Assembly (NCBI GenBank): GCA_046314695.1
Contig: JBKDBI010000254.1
Location: forward strand, 1 to 44,227
Direction of reading: 5' to 3'
Origin: Bacteroidota bacterium
Lineage (GTDB): Bacteria > Bacteroidota > Bacteroidia > NS11-12g > UBA955
DNA: 44,227 nt
A model generated the notes under the pieces. It made no database searches. It was not told the DNA's origin and worked only from the letters and a program-made list of their open reading frames with translations. Of the stretch, positions 40,718 through 44,227 are shown in pieces. Position 1 is the first letter of the stretch. Every line of letters starts with the position of its first letter. Both the position numbers and the translations under genes were made by a program.

Positions 40718-41614
40718 ATGGCAAGAAAAGAAAACAGCCGATTCATGCCGTTTTACTTTGATGATTTTGAAGATGCCACCACTCACTTGACCGATAAACA
40801 AAAGTGGATTTATTTTAGAATGATTTGGTGGCAATTTCACAATAAAGCCCCCTTTAAAAGTTCTGAACATGCGAGAAAAGTTTTGTCAGTTTCGAGTCGG
40901 GACTGTGTCATTATCGACACACTATTGACACAGTTCTGTGTCAAAACCGACACAGGATGGTTACAGAATCGCACATTTGAAGAAATTAAAAAAATAGCCT
41001 CAAAGTCAGAGCTAGCAAGGGAATCGGCGAATTGTCGCTGGAAAAATAACGATGCGAACGCATTGCTAGAAGAGAAGAGAAGAGAAGAGAAGAGAAGAGA
41101 AGAGAAAAAAAACTCACAAAAAAAAGAAAATGATGTGAGTGTGAGTGATGATTTTTTGGTTTCTGAAACGCTTGAAAAAAAAGAAAGCGAAAAGCCTCAA
41201 ACCGTGAAAGCTTTTGCCTCCGAAGCTCAAGCCTACGCCGAAGCCCAAGCGAAAGCTTGCGAGGCTGAAACCGCCGTCCTGTACCGCTTTTCGTGGGTTT
41301 TGGCGTGGTTAAGCACCTATCAAACCCCCGAAGAAGCCGTGAGGCGAGGCGTGGGTGAGCCTGAATTGCTGGATCTCTTCAAGCAAGCCGTGGATGCGTC
41401 CATTTCAACCCAAAAAGCCCACAATCCAAGGTATGTTCAAGCCGTTTTTCGCAATAGCGTGGAAGCGTGGACTCCACAGGCACGAAGCAAGCCAATGCAA
41501 AACGGAAAGCCTGTATTTCAAGCTTACACCGACGAGGCGTGGGAGGGGCGAAAAAGCGGTGAGTACATTTTGGATCCTGAAACAAACGAGTTAATTTTCA
41601 AGGAGATTTCTTAG
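40718..41614 (+). CDS. DUF1376 (YdaU-like) replication initiation/primosome-type protein
   Basis: FMPFYFDDFEDATTHLTDKQKWIYFRMIWW matches the DUF1376 N-terminal pattern. GGAGG lies 7 nt before the ATG at 40718, so the track start at 40643 falls inside the terminator. A DnaC-like loader follows. Confidence 0.75.
   Translation: MARKENSRFMPFYFDDFEDATTHLTDKQKWIYFRMIWWQFHNKAPFKSSEHARKVLSVSSRDCVIIDTLLTQFCVKTDTGWLQNRTFEEIKKIASKSELARESANCRWKNNDANALLEEKRREEKRREEKKNSQKKENDVSVSDDFLVSETLEKKESEKPQTVKAFASEAQAYAEAQAKACEAETAVLYRFSWVLAWLSTYQTPEEAVRRGVGEPELLDLFKQAVDASISTQKAHNPRYVQAVFRNSVEAWTPQARSKPMQNGKPVFQAYTDEAWEGRKSGEYILDPETNELIFKEIS
41068..41105 (+). repeat. pentanucleotide tandem repeat (AGAAG)7 inside the replication gene
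   Basis: Seven perfect AGAAG units span 41068-41102, followed by AGA. The tract encodes EEKRREEKRREEK. Confidence 0.9.
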
Positions 41615-42387
41615 TGTTTGAAAAGATTATTGAGGAAATGCCACTTGGTCATAGCCACAAGCATTTTCAGATTGTTGAAGACTGGTGGAATACTGGCATT
41701 GAACCGCCTGAATACAGAGGCAAACTAAACGGCGTTTACAAGTCGAGCAAGCCAAAGGTGGCAATGTGCCAAAAAAGAGCGTTGGCTAAAATGCTTCAAA
41801 TTGCAGATAAACCCAAAGCCCCACGTTCTGATGTGGATATATTTAAGCCCTCCCCTTTTGATGAAGCAAAAGAAGCCTTGAGCTTTTTGGGTATGGGAGG
41901 CATTTATGCGAATGCTTACACAGGGGCGTGTAGGGAGGACACCACGGCGATGAAAGGGCTTCGTGAATGGCAGAACAACCACAAGACCTTTTTGCTTCTC
42001 TGTGGCAAGACAGGGGCAGGGAAAACATTCGCTGGCATCGTCGGTATGGTGGACGGTATGCAACGCATCAACAACACGCTGAACTGGAACGGTGTCTGTG
42101 TGAAGGATCACCAGCTGGCGGATATGGTGGCTTTGACGATGACGAGCGTTGCAGAGAAAAACGAATTGTACAGAAAACCTCACTTGATGATTGATGACTT
42201 ACGGCACGGATCTAAAATAACCGATGCCTTCCAAACGCTTGTGTTGAACATCGTTTCAGAGCGTTATAACAATCGGCGTAAAACAATCATCACAACGAAT
42301 GCCACGCTTCACCAGTTCTTTATGGCGTATGGCGACCAAGTGAGACGACGGATTTTAGAAGACGGCAAAGTAATTGAGTTAATTTGA
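41614..42387 (+). CDS. DnaC/IstB-like AAA+ helicase loader
   Basis: Walker A CGKTGAGKT and Walker B HLMIDDL. The GTG start overlaps the upstream TAG and follows AAGGAG. Confidence 0.8.
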   Translation: MFEKIIEEMPLGHSHKHFQIVEDWWNTGIEPPEYRGKLNGVYKSSKPKVAMCQKRALAKMLQIADKPKAPRSDVDIFKPSPFDEAKEALSFLGMGGIYANAYTGACREDTTAMKGLREWQNNHKTFLLLCGKTGAGKTFAGIVGMVDGMQRINNTLNWNGVCVKDHQLADMVALTMTSVAEKNELYRKPHLMIDDLRHGSKITDAFQTLVLNIVSERYNNRRKTIITTNATLHQFFMAYGDQVRRRILEDGKVIELI

Positions 42388-42400
42388 GAAAGGTTGAGTG

Positions 42401-42601
42401 ATGCTAACAGTTGATGAACTTATTGAGTTTTTAAAAGAAAATACAGGAATGGAGATGCCTGTTTACATTAACGGCACACATCCTAAGCAGATTCGCATCA
42501 ATGCGGATGTTCAAGGGTTTTGTATCGAAACAGACCCTGAAGAGGGACACTATAACCCCGAAGTTGATATTTTAGTATGGGAGGAGGATGAAGATGAGTA
42601 G
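42401..42601 (+). CDS. hypothetical acidic protein
   Basis: ORF track; ATG at 42401. Confidence 0.5.
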   Translation: MLTVDELIEFLKENTGMEMPVYINGTHPKQIRINADVQGFCIETDPEEGHYNPEVDILVWEEDEDE

Positions 42602-43241
42602 TACACTAAGAGGTTACGACCGCCACAAGTCGGATTATTACGTTACGCCCGACTGGATTATTGATGAACTGTTTGATGAAATCCCTGAACTGTTTGAAGA
42701 AACGGAAGGACGCATTGCACTAGACCCTTGTGCAGGCGGTGGCATCGTCAACGGCTCACAAGCTTTTGGTATGCCATACCCCGAAGCATTGAAACGTCAA
42801 GGCTGGGAGAATATCATCACAATGGATATTCGTGAGGATTCACTAGCTGATATAAAAACGGATTTTCTACAATGGAACAATCCCGACAATCTCGATTTTG
42901 ACTTAATCATCACAAACCCACCGTTTGCTATTGCTGAAGAGATTACACGCAAGGCGTTAAGACTAGTGGATTCTGAAAGTGGGAAGGTGATAATGCTTCA
43001 ACGCCTCAACTGGCTAGGCAGTGCGTCAAGGGATGACTTCTTTACTTCATACCCCCCCTCACTTATTGTCATGCACGCTAAACGCCCTTCATTTGGTGGG
43101 ACAAGCTCTACCGATTCTGTAGAATATGCCCATTTCATTTGGGATAACACAGACAAGTCAGAATGCACAAGCTTTGTGCGTATTAGAGCGGACAATTACA
43201 AGACACAACAGAGTTTATTTCAAGAGGTGCAACATGACTAA
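42594..43241 (+). CDS. SAM-dependent DNA N6-adenine methyltransferase (small phage type)
   Basis: SDYYVTPDW, motif I LDPCAGGG and motif IV ITNPPFA. GGAGGAGG lies 7 nt before the ATG at 42594. Confidence 0.75.
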   Translation: MSSTLRGYDRHKSDYYVTPDWIIDELFDEIPELFEETEGRIALDPCAGGGIVNGSQAFGMPYPEALKRQGWENIITMDIREDSLADIKTDFLQWNNPDNLDFDLIITNPPFAIAEEITRKALRLVDSESGKVIMLQRLNWLGSASRDDFFTSYPPSLIVMHAKRPSFGGTSSTDSVEYAHFIWDNTDKSECTSFVRIRADNYKTQQSLFQEVQHD

Positions 43242-43515
43242 CCCCAACAAACAAGAAGTCCTAGCGTGCCTCCATGCGTTCCTGAAGGCGAAAGGCTGGG
43301 CGGAAATCAACAAGAAGAAAGCGACGGTGTATAAGAAGTCTTTTGAAAGAGAGGGCTGGCTGGATCAAAAAATCACCATCCCGAATGTTGGCATTGTAAT
43401 AGGGGAGACTAGGCTAGAGGAGCAGTTGTGGGACGCCATAGCCACACTGGCGATGCTCTACGATTCGACGTACACACGGTTTTATGATGAGTTGGTGAAG
43501 AAAGGCGGTGAATAA
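43234..43515 (+). CDS. hypothetical protein
   Basis: The ATG at 43234 overlaps the methyltransferase 3' end; the protein ends in KKGGE. Confidence 0.5.
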   Translation: MTNPNKQEVLACLHAFLKAKGWAEINKKKATVYKKSFEREGWLDQKITIPNVGIVIGETRLEEQLWDAIATLAMLYDSTYTRFYDELVKKGGE

Positions 43516-43696
43516 TGGAAACACTCAAGATGCTTTTGCGTGTAACCTTTAAGTTTTTTCTCGTTGTGCTTTGGGCATCCCTCCAATTGACCATGCTTCC
43601 CTTTGCTCTGATTGTGGGCGTATTGAAATATGGACTGCCAAAAGCTGAAAAGACTTTTGATGATTTTATTAGTGACATAAGTAAGAAAGGCGGTGA
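43500..43696 (+). repeat. two further copies of the junction motif GAAAGGCGGTGA flanking the duplicated small gene
   Basis: Copies at 43500-43511 and 43685-43696. The intervening roughly 190 nt is a diverged direct repeat of 2554-2750. Confidence 0.85.
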
Positions 43697-43703
43697 CGCA
43701 TGA
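43515..43703 (+). CDS. small membrane protein, paralogue of 2569..2757
   Basis: 54 of 62 residues identical (hand alignment). Confidence 0.65.
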   Translation: METLKMLLRVTFKFFLVVLWASLQLTMLPFALIVGVLKYGLPKAEKTFDDFISDISKKGGDA

Positions 43704-43930
43704 AGACTATGCCAAAACGAGGTGTTTATAAAATAAACCACAGTATATTGGTTGATTTTATAAAAAATAACCGTGTTCAAGGTGGGAAAATAGGAAAGTG
43801 TTGCATCTGTGGGAAAAGTCATGTTTTTGCACATGATGAGTTAAAAAGCCCCATGCCTCCGTGTGAAAATGGATGCGATCCTGAAGAGTATATAGCAAAT
43901 CTACAAAACAAAACGGAGACCAACGCATGA
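43700..43930 (+). CDS. small Cys-rich protein (possible zinc ribbon)
   Basis: CCICGKS ... PPCENGC gives a CxxC-N-CxxxC spacing. Confidence 0.5.
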   Translation: MKTMPKRGVYKINHSILVDFIKNNRVQGGKIGKCCICGKSHVFAHDELKSPMPPCENGCDPEEYIANLQNKTETNA

Positions 43931-44227
43931 CTAAGAAAATAGCAGAAAGACCTTGTTTGATTCACTTACAAAGCGAAGCTTTTGATGACGACACGCTTTG
44001 CTCATTAAAACTGAATGCAAACGACGTAGCGGAGTGGGAAATCGGCGAATGCATCCCTGAATTAGGGGCGAGCATCTTCCAAGTGACCTTTAAGGGGCAT
44101 CCCATTCAGGAAGACGGAACCTTGACATGTCTAGGAAGCCTGCTATACGACGCTTGCGATTATGGACTAGAAATCCACCAGTTGATCGGCGACGCATTGT
44201 ATGAGGCACGGCATCCGTGGCTCGATT
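43927..44227 (+). CDS. hypothetical protein, 3' end beyond the window
   Basis: ATGA overlap with the upstream gene; the frame is open to the last complete codon of the window. Confidence 0.5.
   Translation, partial: MTKKIAERPCLIHLQSEAFDDDTLCSLKLNANDVAEWEIGECIPELGASIFQVTFKGHPIQEDGTLTCLGSLLYDACDYGLEIHQLIGDALYEARHPWLD

Noticed and set aside
43927-44227. I considered whether the two window ends are halves of one HAD phosphatase gene on a circular genome. EDGTL near the 3' end might be motif I, and FITGR near the 5' end is motif II.
   Set aside because: Joining the ends gives T+AA, a stop in the 3'-end frame, and the two frames are offset by 2 nt. The residues before EDGTL are not the hydrophobic strand expected for motif I, the nucleophile position is Gln, and the spacing to the KDY..Y segment does not fit the family. 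Circularity cannot be inferred from this.

Overview
The window is an almost complete tailed-phage or prophage genome with a lambda-like siphovirus tail module. No bacterial flanking genes are visible. A tightly packed late operon runs on the minus strand from about 32.9 kb down to 3.7 kb. In transcription order it contains a ParB-domain protein, an ABC-ATPase/GNAT pair split by a frameshift, terS, four unknown genes, terL, portal, a Mu F/SPP1 gp7-like protein, an HsdM-like methyltransferase, an XkdF-type protease-scaffold, a DUF2190-like protein, the major capsid, head-tail proteins, the tail tube, G/GT chaperones, the tape measure, lambda M/L/K/I/J homologues, several fibre genes, and a lysis block ending in an Amidase_2 endolysin. 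The plus strand (35.4-44.2 kb and 0-3.6 kb) carries early genes. These include many small unknown proteins, a GH108 muramidase with membrane proteins, DUF1376-type and DnaC-like replication proteins, a second N6A methyltransferase, an XRE HTH protein, a YqfB-like ASCH protein and a truncated HAD phosphatase. Between the arms lie two convergent AT-rich accessory genes and about 1 kb of non-coding DNA (34.35-35.36 kb). That DNA holds a consensus promoter, phased tandem repeats, an AT-only tract and structured RNA candidates. I saw no integrase, CI-like repressor, tRNA, rRNA or CRISPR array. The main leads are the ParB + ATPase-GNAT module, two T-run -1 frameshift sites, the phased iteron-like array, a promoter-leader-terminator unit before the replication genes, a pentanucleotide repeat inside the replication gene, and a conserved 12-nt gene-junction motif. 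All calls rest on reading the sequence and translations by eye; no database search was possible.
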